Below are positions 8,965-18,310 of a stretch of 64,000 bases of DNA, piece by piece; positions within the stretch are counted from its first letter, which is position 1, and each line of letters starts with the position of its first letter. The notes under the pieces were generated by a model. It saw nothing but the letters and a program-made list of their open reading frames with translations, made no database searches and was not told the origin of the DNA. Source of the stretch: a virus. The translations under genes were made by a program, and so were the position numbers. The DNA lies in the IMG/VR virus record IMGVR_UViG_3300045988_051365. The stretch is one strand, 5' to 3'.

Positions 8965-10173
8965 TTATTCATAGTCTCGGATGCACTTAAGTACTGGTTG
9001 TAATGGTCTGCCATCGTCAGAGTAGTAGAAATACTTGACAGTAGCCATTTTACCGATAAGTTCATCCATTCTGTCTAGATATTCATACTTAAGTTCTCTA
9101 GGTCCCATAGGCTTGGCTTCAAATTCCTTACCAGCCTGAGTCTTACATATGAACACCATATCTTCAGGACGTAATCCGTCACTATAGCCAACAATCTCAA
9201 ACTCGTCGTCTTGATACATTTTGACTTTAATCATGGCATTAGTACGTCCTCCATAGTTATATGGTTTGTCCGGGTCTCTAATAACTATACCTTCAAACCC
9301 TTCGCTGACATATTTATCATGAAGCTTCTGAATGTTAGTCCACCCTACTACTTCCTCTTCTGGAACTATTCTAACCTTCAGGTCATCTTCATTCCAATTA
9401 GCATTAGGGTCAAAATCCACAATTCTAAGTATAGGAGCTATTTCGTCAGATATATAATTCCACCTTTCCTGTGCTGTCATATTAGCATCCATGGTATCAT
9501 AGATGTAATATTCCAATTCATTGCAGCGGGATTCTCCAGATTCTAATCTTGCTGTACCACTTATATACTGCAAGCTTCGACCGTGAATGTAAAGTTCACC
9601 ATCGAGAACCAAATCTGGCATCTTATTAAATAACTCTATCATCTTGGGATGTGTTCTTAGGTGTACTGTAGAAGCGTCATAATCGCCACCTCCCCGACTA
9701 GCAGATACTATCTCTCCGTCCTTTAGATAGAAAGAACATCTGACACCGTCTATCTTACGAGAACCTAGCCAGTACTTGATTTTATCAAATACCTTAGTAG
9801 CTACCTCCTCGTACTTCTTGGCTTTCATATGCTTCTTAAATCCATTTGAATCAGTAACACCCTCACCTAGGTGTTCTTCAACAAATGCTGCAACTGCCTT
9901 CGCATCCTCTATGTTAACAGAGGACGGAAGTAGCTTATAACCCTTATCTGTATACTTCTTTAGATGAGAATTGTACTCTAACTTAGCCTGTTCTGCAACA
10001 GTCCTTTTGGCTTTGCCTTGGAATATCCATATCTCTGGCTGCACAGTTACTTTGCCACCATACTGATAAGTCTTTCTTCTTATAACAAAGCCATGTTGGG
10101 CATCATCCCATTCGCAACTAATCTCGACTACTCTAGTTTTACCCTTGTTGTCTTTAGTTACTAATTTATCCAT
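8965..10173 (-). CDS. ATP-dependent DNA ligase (T7/T4-like)
   Basis: Motif I KIDGVR (KxDGxR) around residue 150, within SRKIDGVRCSFYLKDGEIV. Size fits the small phage ligases. Confidence 0.65.
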   Translation of the reverse strand: MDKLVTKDNKGKTRVVEISCEWDDAQHGFVIRRKTYQYGGKVTVQPEIWIFQGKAKRTVAEQAKLEYNSHLKKYTDKGYKLLPSSVNIEDAKAVAAFVEEHLGEGVTDSNGFKKHMKAKKYEEVATKVFDKIKYWLGSRKIDGVRCSFYLKDGEIVSASRGGGDYDASTVHLRTHPKMIELFNKMPDLVLDGELYIHGRSLQYISGTARLESGESRCNELEYYIYDTMDANMTAQERWNYISDEIAPILRIVDFDPNANWNEDDLKVRIVPEEEVVGWTNIQKLHDKYVSEGFEGIVIRDPDKPYNYGGRTNAMIKVKMYQDDEFEIVGYSDGLRPEDMVFICKTQAGKEFEAKPMGPRELKYEYLDRMDELIGKMATVKYFYYSDDGRPLQPVLKCIRDYE

Positions 10174-10324
10174 TTAAGATTTCAAAAGCCCTCATTGCAC
10201 CTTCGATATAATCTGCGGCAATTGCTTCCACTGCATCGTCATGTTCATCTGCATCACACACGCAAGATTTAGCATACTGTTCAGCGTCTTTCTCAATGGT
10301 TTCTACAAATTCTTCGTAATTCAT
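10166..10324 (-). CDS. Small acidic ORF of 52 aa, not in the track. Its stop overlaps the ligase ATG.
   Basis: My own translation is MNYEEFVETIEKDAEQYAKSCVCDADEHDDAVEAIAADYIEGAMRAFEILNG. Confidence 0.3.
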   Translation of the reverse strand: MNYEEFVETIEKDAEQYAKSCVCDADEHDDAVEAIAADYIEGAMRAFEILNG

Positions 10325-10335
10325 AATTTGTTGTT

Positions 10336-10557
10336 TTATACGTCAGTGTCTAAATCATCTACAGTTAAAGGCTTATTACACTCTTGAATAAGGTTTCTAG
10401 CCAATTCATCCTGTTTAGCTTTCAATTCCTTAATCTTCTCCATAGTCTCACTCATCGCCTTCGCATGATTAGCATAGGCATTATTAAGTGTCTGGATTTC
10501 CAATCCTATATCGGATATGGCTTTACTCTTCTCGATTACTTCTACTGTACTTATCAT
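10336..10557 (-). CDS. Hypothetical coiled-coil protein, 73 aa
   Basis: ORF. Confidence 0.4.
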   Translation of the reverse strand: MISTVEVIEKSKAISDIGLEIQTLNNAYANHAKAMSETMEKIKELKAKQDELARNLIQECNKPLTVDDLDTDV

Positions 10558-11090
10558 TTCTCACCGGTATGCCCAAATCCACCTTTACGCTCTGTTTCAT
10601 CTAATCTAGCAACTTCTTCCCATTCAGCCTTAGCTACAGTTGTGAATACCAATTGAGCTATACGTTCTTTATCCTCAATCCATACTGCTTCATGTCCTTG
10701 ATTAATAAGAATAACGTGCATTTCATTCCTATAATCTGCATCTACAGTGCCAGGTGTATTTAATACAGTAATTCCCTTCTTTAAAGCTAAGCCACTCCTA
10801 GGTCTTACTTGGCACTCATAAATAAACTCGCAATCTGAATCAGTAGTGGGGAGAGCAATCTTTAATCCAGTCGGGATAAGTGCTCTAGCTCCTGGGTCAA
10901 GACGCAGCATAGTTACTTTATTGCCGTCCATTTTAGGTGATGCAAACACAACTTCGCAATCACCATAAGCTTTAATAGGATTGTCAACTGTTACTCTACT
11001 GAAGTCTGCACGTATATCCATACCTGCTGACATAGGAGTTTCATACTGGGGAAGTTTGTTATTCGATAGATTAATTACTTGAACTTTCAT
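10554..11090 (-). CDS. dut: dUTP diphosphatase (trimeric dUTPase)
   Basis: Motif 3 [29 protein letters not shown]. Also MSAGMDIRA. Confidence 0.9.
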   Translation of the reverse strand: MKVQVINLSNNKLPQYETPMSAGMDIRADFSRVTVDNPIKAYGDCEVVFASPKMDGNKVTMLRLDPGARALIPTGLKIALPTTDSDCEFIYECQVRPRSGLALKKGITVLNTPGTVDADYRNEMHVILINQGHEAVWIEDKERIAQLVFTTVAKAEWEEVARLDETERKGGFGHTGEK

Positions 11091-11595
11091 TGAACGTAAA
11101 TGAATAAATTGAGTTTATAGTTGTGAATCTTTTATTCTCCCAGTCAATCTCAATTACATTAGATGTCTTGAACCATCTATCATTCGAATTAAGTTCTAAA
11201 GGAGCACCTTCTATAAATGCTTTAGTATATCCAGACTCCTTATGACCTTCTTCAATTCTAACGTTATTGGTTCCCAACACTTTGGTGATAGTCATAAAGC
11301 CCTTCTTACCATTGGTAGCAAAGTAGTCTTGCAGCCAAGTATGTACATGATTTGCATTACATTCACCAGCTTCTGTATAAAAAGCTTTGATTAATGTATC
11401 GTTATCATCATATATAGCCAAGAAAGGATTCTCTCTAGCACTACAGCTCCCTTTAATCTTGAAAGCCTTCTTGCGTTCCTTATAATGATTCACGTCATAA
11501 GTTTCAAAATTAAATACGTAACCGTTCATTGTTGATAGTGCGTCCTTAAATGCATCAGGACGTTGGCTATCATAAACATACTTAAATGTTAGCAT
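11071..11595 (-). CDS. Hypothetical protein, 174 aa
   Basis: ORF. Confidence 0.5.
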   Translation of the reverse strand: MLTFKYVYDSQRPDAFKDALSTMNGYVFNFETYDVNHYKERKKAFKIKGSCSARENPFLAIYDDNDTLIKAFYTEAGECNANHVHTWLQDYFATNGKKGFMTITKVLGTNNVRIEEGHKESGYTKAFIEGAPLELNSNDRWFKTSNVIEIDWENKRFTTINSIYSFTFNESSSN

Positions 11596-11987
11596 TCAAC
11601 AATATAGTATTTAGGAAATAATATTCCATCTAGTTCCAGCTCTACTTCTTGAACAACATCAAATACATCAAATATGTCATTATAGTAAGCTGCTGCCATT
11701 TCCTCATCAGTGATTCTAGTAATGGCATTATCTATCGACTGGTCAGCTAATTTGCTAGCTAACATTCTACGATAGTTATCAACGATTCTACATGCCTCGT
11801 GTTCAGTTAATATGTAGAATATCTTACCATTTATATGATATTCATATATTCCTGGCCATATGCTCTCTTCCTCTGTACAAAGAGTGTATACTTCTGGCAT
11901 GTCTAGTTTATAAGCTACCATGTATAATCGTTCTGGATGTTCAAATCCTCTACATAGAGCTTCGTTTACAAAATCTGAGTAATTCAT
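11589..11987 (-). CDS. Hypothetical protein, 132 aa
   Basis: ORF. Confidence 0.5.
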   Translation of the reverse strand: MNYSDFVNEALCRGFEHPERLYMVAYKLDMPEVYTLCTEEESIWPGIYEYHINGKIFYILTEHEACRIVDNYRRMLASKLADQSIDNAITRITDEEMAAAYYNDIFDVFDVVQEVELELDGILFPKYYIVEC

Positions 11988-11992
11988 AGGTA

Positions 11993-13357
11993 TTAAGTCA
12001 ATACATAAGCATCTGTTTTAGTTCTTGATAAAGATACATATTGAAGCTGTCGTAGTTCTAATAAGTCTCTATCCAACTTAAGATTACCGGTATCTACAAA
12101 CACATTATTGTAAGAGCTGCCTTGACTCCTATGTGCTGTTATAGCGTATCCATAATCAAAAGTTTGTGGCTTAATTACTCTATTATCAAATAACAGTGGT
12201 ACTGGGGTTGCAAAGGACTTAGTCATGTCAAAATACTTACCCCATAAATATCCAGATTTAGTTCTATTACCCCACCTTTTCGCCTGTATAGCATCTAGCC
12301 TTATAGACTCAATCTGTTGTGCCAAAGTTTGCAGGTAGTCTGGATTTATGTCTGTTGGGTCTATTATGAATACGTCTAATAGCCGTCTATCAACGCTATC
12401 ATATAATCCCAATTCGAACCCTGGAAGTCTAGTAAAATGAGGTACATTCCTAGTGGTTCTTCTAATGCTTGTAATTATATAGTCTGAAGAGTTAAAGAAC
12501 ATTTCTCCATTATATTCAAAGTTCTCACAGCCAGTTAGAAACTCGAATTTATGATAAGGTTCATTGTCATTGTATAGTATTCTGCGTATACAATCATTGA
12601 ATCCTTTAACTCGCTTATTAGTATAAGCTATCAGCTTAGTATAATTTACATCATTATGCTTTATTCCATGATTAATCTTATTAGCTGCATCAACCATAAA
12701 CTGCTTAGTGTCATTATAACAAATGAGAGAACCCTTCTCTCCCATTCGAGTTTCGAATTTAGATATAGGATTCTCTCTTAATGTTAATAATATTGGTGCT
12801 AATGCTGTATTCTCGTCTTGCCTAAATATCTTGGTTAGACGGACAACATTTTCATGACTAAACACTTTACTAAGACCTCCGTTCTTAACTGGGGCAATCT
12901 GTGCAACATCCCCTATAAATAAGATTTTGCACTGATGTGTTTCACAATAGTCTACAAGTAAATCATAAAGTTCATCACTAACCATAGATGCCTCATCAAT
13001 GATTATTAGTCCTTTGTTTGGAATGTCTCCCATACCATCGGAATAGAACTTCAAGTCTTTATAGTCTAAATTAAATATATCCAGTTTAGGGGAAAGTGCT
13101 AGCAGTTTATGTAATGTAGTAGCTCTATAGCCAGTAGCCATTTCAAGTACTGCTTTGGCTTTATGAGTAGGAGCACACAACTTAAAGAATCTACAACCTC
13201 TAGTACTATCTAGATATTGTACAAATTCATTCATAACAGCTGTCTTACCTACTCCTGCATAGCCAGTAAGAACTAATATCCTATCTGGACTATCTAAAAA
13301 CCTAATCATTCTATCTATAGCATATAGCTGTTCGTCTGACCAAGCTATTGTACTCAT
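11993..13357 (-). CDS. SF1 DNA helicase, Dda/Pif1/RecD-like
   Basis: Walker A LTGYAGVGKTAV. Walker B LIIIDEASMV. Confidence 0.8.
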   Translation of the reverse strand: MSTIAWSDEQLYAIDRMIRFLDSPDRILVLTGYAGVGKTAVMNEFVQYLDSTRGCRFFKLCAPTHKAKAVLEMATGYRATTLHKLLALSPKLDIFNLDYKDLKFYSDGMGDIPNKGLIIIDEASMVSDELYDLLVDYCETHQCKILFIGDVAQIAPVKNGGLSKVFSHENVVRLTKIFRQDENTALAPILLTLRENPISKFETRMGEKGSLICYNDTKQFMVDAANKINHGIKHNDVNYTKLIAYTNKRVKGFNDCIRRILYNDNEPYHKFEFLTGCENFEYNGEMFFNSSDYIITSIRRTTRNVPHFTRLPGFELGLYDSVDRRLLDVFIIDPTDINPDYLQTLAQQIESIRLDAIQAKRWGNRTKSGYLWGKYFDMTKSFATPVPLLFDNRVIKPQTFDYGYAITAHRSQGSSYNNVFVDTGNLKLDRDLLELRQLQYVSLSRTKTDAYVLT

Positions 13358-13935
13358 AGTTCTCTATTCCAAAATCTAAAGGTAATATCCTTTAATTTAG
13401 GACCGTCATCAGTCATTATCGTTTTATATAATCTCTGATTGGTATTTGGATTATCAAGTGGTCCACATTCCTCTATGTAAGGTCCTAACTTGATGTAATC
13501 GAAATTGTACAAATCAATTTCATCTGCCAATGTAGCTCTACCACTATACCACCCAATCTTTATATCAAGTGGTACTGTTTGCTGCCATTCCATTTCTGTT
13601 TCGGCAGGAATGGTTACTTTGGGAAACCTAATTTCCTTATGAATAGTAAACTTATCAGCCGTTTTAGTGGTAGTTAACGTCCTTACTAATCCAGCATAGT
13701 GATTAATGAGCTTAGGGTCGTTATCGCCACCCATAAAGCAAATGGCAGTAATTCCCTTATTCTCATTAATAAGCTTCTCTATTCTAGTAATAGTCAGGAC
13801 TTCCCCAACGTCTCCTGCCAAGTAAGAGCTATGACAGCCCTTACAATGACATGGACAATTGGATATGTTTATGGCTAGTGTAGTCTCATCAGGAATTTCC
13901 CTGAAGACTATATCGAAACCTACATATTTAAGCAT
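13354..13935 (-). CDS. nrdG: Anaerobic ribonucleotide reductase activating protein (radical SAM)
   Basis: CPCHCKGC contains the CxxxCxxC radical-SAM cluster motif. It lies immediately downstream of nrdD with overlapping coordinates. Confidence 0.8.
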   Translation of the reverse strand: MLKYVGFDIVFREIPDETTLAINISNCPCHCKGCHSSYLAGDVGEVLTITRIEKLINENKGITAICFMGGDNDPKLINHYAGLVRTLTTTKTADKFTIHKEIRFPKVTIPAETEMEWQQTVPLDIKIGWYSGRATLADEIDLYNFDYIKLGPYIEECGPLDNPNTNQRLYKTIMTDDGPKLKDITFRFWNREL

Positions 13936-15994
13936 GAGTGTAAAATCTTCTACTAGCTTCCTCCTGTCTTGCCTGACTGAAGTTACTAATACGTTTCAAA
14001 TAACCAATAACTCTAGTAGCATAATCAACGTTCTTACTCCCACATTTTGGACATTCCTTGAGATACCTTTTATCAATATGTCCACAATCATTACAAATAG
14101 TATTTGGAATATTAAATGTGAAATAATTAGTGCCATTGACTGCTGCCACTCTCAACAAGTTACGATACTGTTCCTTACTAAGATGTTCATCGAGATTCAT
14201 ATGCAATGCACTACCTCCGTCTAAGTATTGTACATATTCCTTGCCATGTAATTTGAACTTGTCAAGTACGGTAAGAGATGTGTCTTCAACAGCATAGAAA
14301 TAGCTATTATAGCAATCTCTAGGAACTACATAACCTGCTTTCCTGTCCCAATTAGCATGTTTAACCCCAAGGTTCTCTGCTGGAACAAATTCTGTGTTAA
14401 ACATTAACTCCTTAGTTCTCGCTTTACGATTTTCATCACTGATAGTTTTAAGGATAGATTGCATAAACTCTCTATAAGTTGGATTATCATTAACTGGGAT
14501 TCCTAAGAACTCCGCAGCCTCAATAACTCCATTAACACCTATAGTCAAATACTGCTTCTTCATATCAATGAATCCAGCTGTATATACAGTAAGCAACCCG
14601 TCTTTTAAATAGTCTTTAAGCAATTCATTATATGCTGTTTGGAACTTATGAACTTTCTTCACATTCTCACGCAAATACTCAATCATATCATACCCATTAT
14701 TAACTGCATCCTGAACTAGCCTATTGATATTTAAGGTCATTACTGACTTACTACCAGTAGCAATACCACCAGCTCCAAGAGAATAACTGAATTGATTATC
14801 AGTAACCTCATTACGAAGTCTGCAACAGGAAGATAAGGAATCAGGACTATCGGACATATAAGTAAAGAACGAGTGTCCTTTGCTATACATCTCTGCTGTA
14901 AAGTCTGCATACTCTTCATCAACAACATCCTCTCCGTTAGTTAGAAGCGCCATGGTCTCAACAGGGAATGTAAGAATACACTTAGTACGTTCCTCATTAA
15001 ACCATTTAGCAAATTTCTTCTGCAACCAACTAAGAGATTCCCATTGAGGTTGTGTACCGTCTGGGAAATAGAACTCTCCAAAGATACCTTCAAAGTAGTT
15101 CTTATCAAAATAACTGATATTCCAGAATACTGATTGGAAGTTACGAGCAGCTGCTGGCTGATTGATTGAATATACAATCTGCTGGAACTTCTGCTCTAAC
15201 GTCTTGTCAATATTTCTGTGTTTGTCAACCATTTCCTCTGGACGTTTCCAGTAATCATCACCCCACTCTTTACGAGCAAAGTAATCAAAGTACATTAGAA
15301 ACTCTCCAGTTGCTACTGCACCTGCAAATTGAGAACTAATCGCAAATACCAGATTAACGAACATGCCACAGAAAGAATCCAGGTTCTTGGGTCTGGCAGA
15401 CAAACCTCCAATTGGCTGTAACCCCTCCAATAGAAAGGGATACATAGTGATAGCCACGCAGTAGGGCATAATCGATGTTTCATCATGCTTATAAAGTAAA
15501 TGTTGTTCCAGCATACGGATATATTCCTTAGCTAGCTCCTCTCCATATAACTCTCTGATTTTATCAGTAAGAATTGCACGATTTACCTTAATAACATCAC
15601 CTTTGAACAATTCTCCATTTAAGGTTACAATGTTCTTCTCGGTAACATTAGCATTAGCATCGTATTTACTACCAGTTGCGGCATTCTTGGCTTTAGCATA
15701 GTCTTTAATGAATTGTTTCTTTTCATTTAAAGCCCTGCTCTCTGCCCTTTTACGCCTGTACAAGATGAATGCCTTAGCAACATCATAATAATCACATGCC
15801 ATAAGAGCTTTCTCTAACTGGTCTTGAAGCTCCTCAACTGAAACTATGTTGTTAATATACAACTCATCTTTAATATCCTGAAGAATATCAGAATCAATTG
15901 GTTCGTTAACAGCGTTAAATGCCTTAGTAATTGCGGCATCAATCTTATTAACGTCGAAAGGTTCTACTTTTTTGTCTCTCTTAATTACTAACAT
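13928..15994 (-). CDS. nrdD: Anaerobic ribonucleoside-triphosphate reductase (class III)
   Basis: 688 aa. C-terminal zinc ribbon CNDCGH...CPKCGS followed by the glycyl-radical motif RVIGY. Confidence 0.9.
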   Translation of the reverse strand: MLVIKRDKKVEPFDVNKIDAAITKAFNAVNEPIDSDILQDIKDELYINNIVSVEELQDQLEKALMACDYYDVAKAFILYRRKRAESRALNEKKQFIKDYAKAKNAATGSKYDANANVTEKNIVTLNGELFKGDVIKVNRAILTDKIRELYGEELAKEYIRMLEQHLLYKHDETSIMPYCVAITMYPFLLEGLQPIGGLSARPKNLDSFCGMFVNLVFAISSQFAGAVATGEFLMYFDYFARKEWGDDYWKRPEEMVDKHRNIDKTLEQKFQQIVYSINQPAAARNFQSVFWNISYFDKNYFEGIFGEFYFPDGTQPQWESLSWLQKKFAKWFNEERTKCILTFPVETMALLTNGEDVVDEEYADFTAEMYSKGHSFFTYMSDSPDSLSSCCRLRNEVTDNQFSYSLGAGGIATGSKSVMTLNINRLVQDAVNNGYDMIEYLRENVKKVHKFQTAYNELLKDYLKDGLLTVYTAGFIDMKKQYLTIGVNGVIEAAEFLGIPVNDNPTYREFMQSILKTISDENRKARTKELMFNTEFVPAENLGVKHANWDRKAGYVVPRDCYNSYFYAVEDTSLTVLDKFKLHGKEYVQYLDGGSALHMNLDEHLSKEQYRNLLRVAAVNGTNYFTFNIPNTICNDCGHIDKRYLKECPKCGSKNVDYATRVIGYLKRISNFSQARQEEASRRFYTHA

Positions 15995-15997
15995 TAA

Positions 15998-16777
15998 TTA
16001 GAAGTTTAATATGTTTCTTAGTAATAGAGTCTTCTCTGCTCTATTCATCAAATCTTTACCCTTGTCATTACTAATTAGCTGCGTAAATGCATTGTACACA
16101 GTAAACATATCCACCTCATTACCCACTCCAATATAATATGAAGAATCTGGGTCCTCAAACATAGAACTATACGCCTTAGTAACAAGGTCTGTTCCTATCT
16201 TGACATCTCCATAACCTACATTATAAACCATATGCATAGCATTTCTTTGCCATTTGCCTAAGTTTAAACTTACTAAATCGTCTTCAGCTTTCCATGTAGT
16301 ATTATGAAGATTCTCCAACATCAGCTTTATATCAGAAGTCTGACTTAATAAATACTCTACAGCTTTATAATTCAAGGCTTCTTCTGAATTAACTGGCTGC
16401 ATTTGAAGAAATTCTGGGTCAAATACACAGAGATTTGTACATGCTCTGTTAAGTGCCCCTCTATAAATCTTGGCTACTGGCTTACGAACATCTAGTCCGT
16501 AGACCATGCCAATAACTTCATCATGATTGTCAAAGCTGCAACTCTCTGGCATTACAGCTTGAATCAATACACGATTATATGTAATATCATCTGCATTAAC
16601 ATCTCCATCGACTGTCCTAGTGACCTGTTTAGGCAATTCTACTTCAACTATAAAGTCTTTAGTAAACTTGGACATTCTTTCAATAAAAGGCTCTACATAG
16701 GCAGCAGTTGGTAAATATGCTCTCTTACCTATTCTAGTAGCCTTACCATTCATGAGTTGGTCAATACTTATTTGCAT
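15998..16777 (-). CDS. Hypothetical protein, 259 aa
   Basis: ORF. Confidence 0.5.
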   Translation of the reverse strand: MQISIDQLMNGKATRIGKRAYLPTAAYVEPFIERMSKFTKDFIVEVELPKQVTRTVDGDVNADDITYNRVLIQAVMPESCSFDNHDEVIGMVYGLDVRKPVAKIYRGALNRACTNLCVFDPEFLQMQPVNSEEALNYKAVEYLLSQTSDIKLMLENLHNTTWKAEDDLVSLNLGKWQRNAMHMVYNVGYGDVKIGTDLVTKAYSSMFEDPDSSYYIGVGNEVDMFTVYNAFTQLISNDKGKDLMNRAEKTLLLRNILNF

Positions 16778-17946
16778 TCTTCGTTTGTTGTTTGATTATC
16801 AAGAAGTTCTCTGGTCAAAACTTCCCACACATCTTCATCATAACGAATCTCTATTAATTTGATATTATTGTCTTTACAATATTGCCTAACATACTCGTCA
16901 CGAGCTTGTTGTCGCTCAAATTTGAAAGACCCGCCAAATGCCATTTTAGGATTATAATGTTGAATGCCATTATATTCCACAAAGGTATTATATTCTGGTA
17001 AGTAAAAATCAATATAAGCGTGTCCAGAGGTGTTAATCTCATTAGGCACTTGGATAGTGTATTCCCTTATAAATTTAATTCCATTACTTAACAAAATGTT
17101 ACATACCTCTTCTTCGCCCTTTGAACTTGAGCAGCTAGGGCAGCCACTACCTTGTATATGGCTATTTGGAGTCTGCCAAAATTCACCATGTTCAGGGCAT
17201 ACAATACAGACCTTTGTATGACTATCGTTGTACTCTACTCTAGAATAATCATAACGTGTGCCATGAATGCGTCTGGCATCCTTTAGAAAGTCATCTAAGG
17301 ACTTCTGCATATACTTTGCATGACTTTCAGCAGAGCATTTTGGACACCCTTTATACCTAAGAAAGTGGTTAGGAAGGACTTCAAAGTCACCGTGTTTGGG
17401 GCATGTTATAACTATTCTAGTATCCCACCCAGTATATACAGTTTTACTATAATCTAAATCTGGGTAGTACTCCTTAAATTTCTTTATGTAAAGGTCATTA
17501 AACTTTTTAAGTCTTTCTTCCTCTTTACATTTCAGACATCCTACACCTCTCGATAGAGTGCCAACACGGGCCTTAAATTCACCATGTTTAGGACATACTA
17601 TGGTAACATACCCTCTAGTGCCATTATATTTGACTTTAGAGTAATCATAATTATCCCCAAACATGTCACGTAAACGGTTAATAAATTCTTCATTAGATAA
17701 TGAAAGCTTGCTACTTTTAGCTAATGAAGCACACTCAGGACAACCATCCCCTCTAGAAATATGCAATCCGGATATAGCTGTAAAGTCGCCATGTTTCGGA
17801 CAAGTGATGATTATTCTATCTCTACTTCCAGTGTACACAGATTTAGAATAATCATATTTATCTCCATGTTTAATTCTAGCTTTATTAATCCATTCTTCAG
17901 TAGTAAGTTTCTTAGGCATTATAGTAATAATTCTGACATTAAGCAT
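16768..17946 (-). CDS. Putative homing-type endonuclease. Five tandem zinc-ribbon repeats plus a C-terminal DUF559/Vsr-like PD-(D/E)xK domain.
   Basis: Repeats have the form ...KHGDKYDYSK-VY-G-----I-CPKHG-F------(S)-G-GCP-C. C-terminal IDFYLPEYNTFVEYNGIQH resembles the DUF559 motif. Confidence 0.6.
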   Translation of the reverse strand: MLNVRIITIMPKKLTTEEWINKARIKHGDKYDYSKSVYTGSRDRIIITCPKHGDFTAISGLHISRGDGCPECASLAKSSKLSLSNEEFINRLRDMFGDNYDYSKVKYNGTRGYVTIVCPKHGEFKARVGTLSRGVGCLKCKEEERLKKFNDLYIKKFKEYYPDLDYSKTVYTGWDTRIVITCPKHGDFEVLPNHFLRYKGCPKCSAESHAKYMQKSLDDFLKDARRIHGTRYDYSRVEYNDSHTKVCIVCPEHGEFWQTPNSHIQGSGCPSCSSSKGEEEVCNILLSNGIKFIREYTIQVPNEINTSGHAYIDFYLPEYNTFVEYNGIQHYNPKMAFGGSFKFERQQARDEYVRQYCKDNNIKLIEIRYDEDVWEVLTRELLDNQTTNEECK

Positions 17947-17952
17947 AGTTTA

Positions 17953-18144
17953 TTATCTACAATACTTCCATACATATCCATACGCTGTACTATTTTGACC
18001 ATTTGCACAAGCATAAATTGTCTTCCTTTTGTAATCAGTCCCATTTTCAATAGAATTTATACTGTCCCATACTTTAATTAAATTTCCATCCAAATCATAT
18101 TGTTCTATAGACTTGGTTTTCTTCACAGGAGAAACCTCTTCCAC
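17953..18144 (-). CDS. Hypothetical protein, 63 aa
   Basis: ORF. Confidence 0.35.
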   Translation of the reverse strand: MEEVSPVKKTKSIEQYDLDGNLIKVWDSINSIENGTDYKRKTIYACANGQNSTAYGYVWKYCR

Positions 18145-18310
18145 AGAATACCTCCAAATGAATCCCCCAGCAGACTTGTATCTACCTTTTAAACAGTTAC
18201 TAAATTAAATTTAAAATTTTGTTCGTCCATATATTAATAACTTTTTGACAAAGTTACTAAACAATATGGACGAATCAAAACTATTTGTATGGAATTATAG
18301 AATTTCTAAC

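Noticed and set aside
11071-11595. Thioredoxin/glutaredoxin (NrdH-like) assignment for the ORF upstream of dut
   Set aside because: No CxxC redox motif is present. The resemblance was only compositional.
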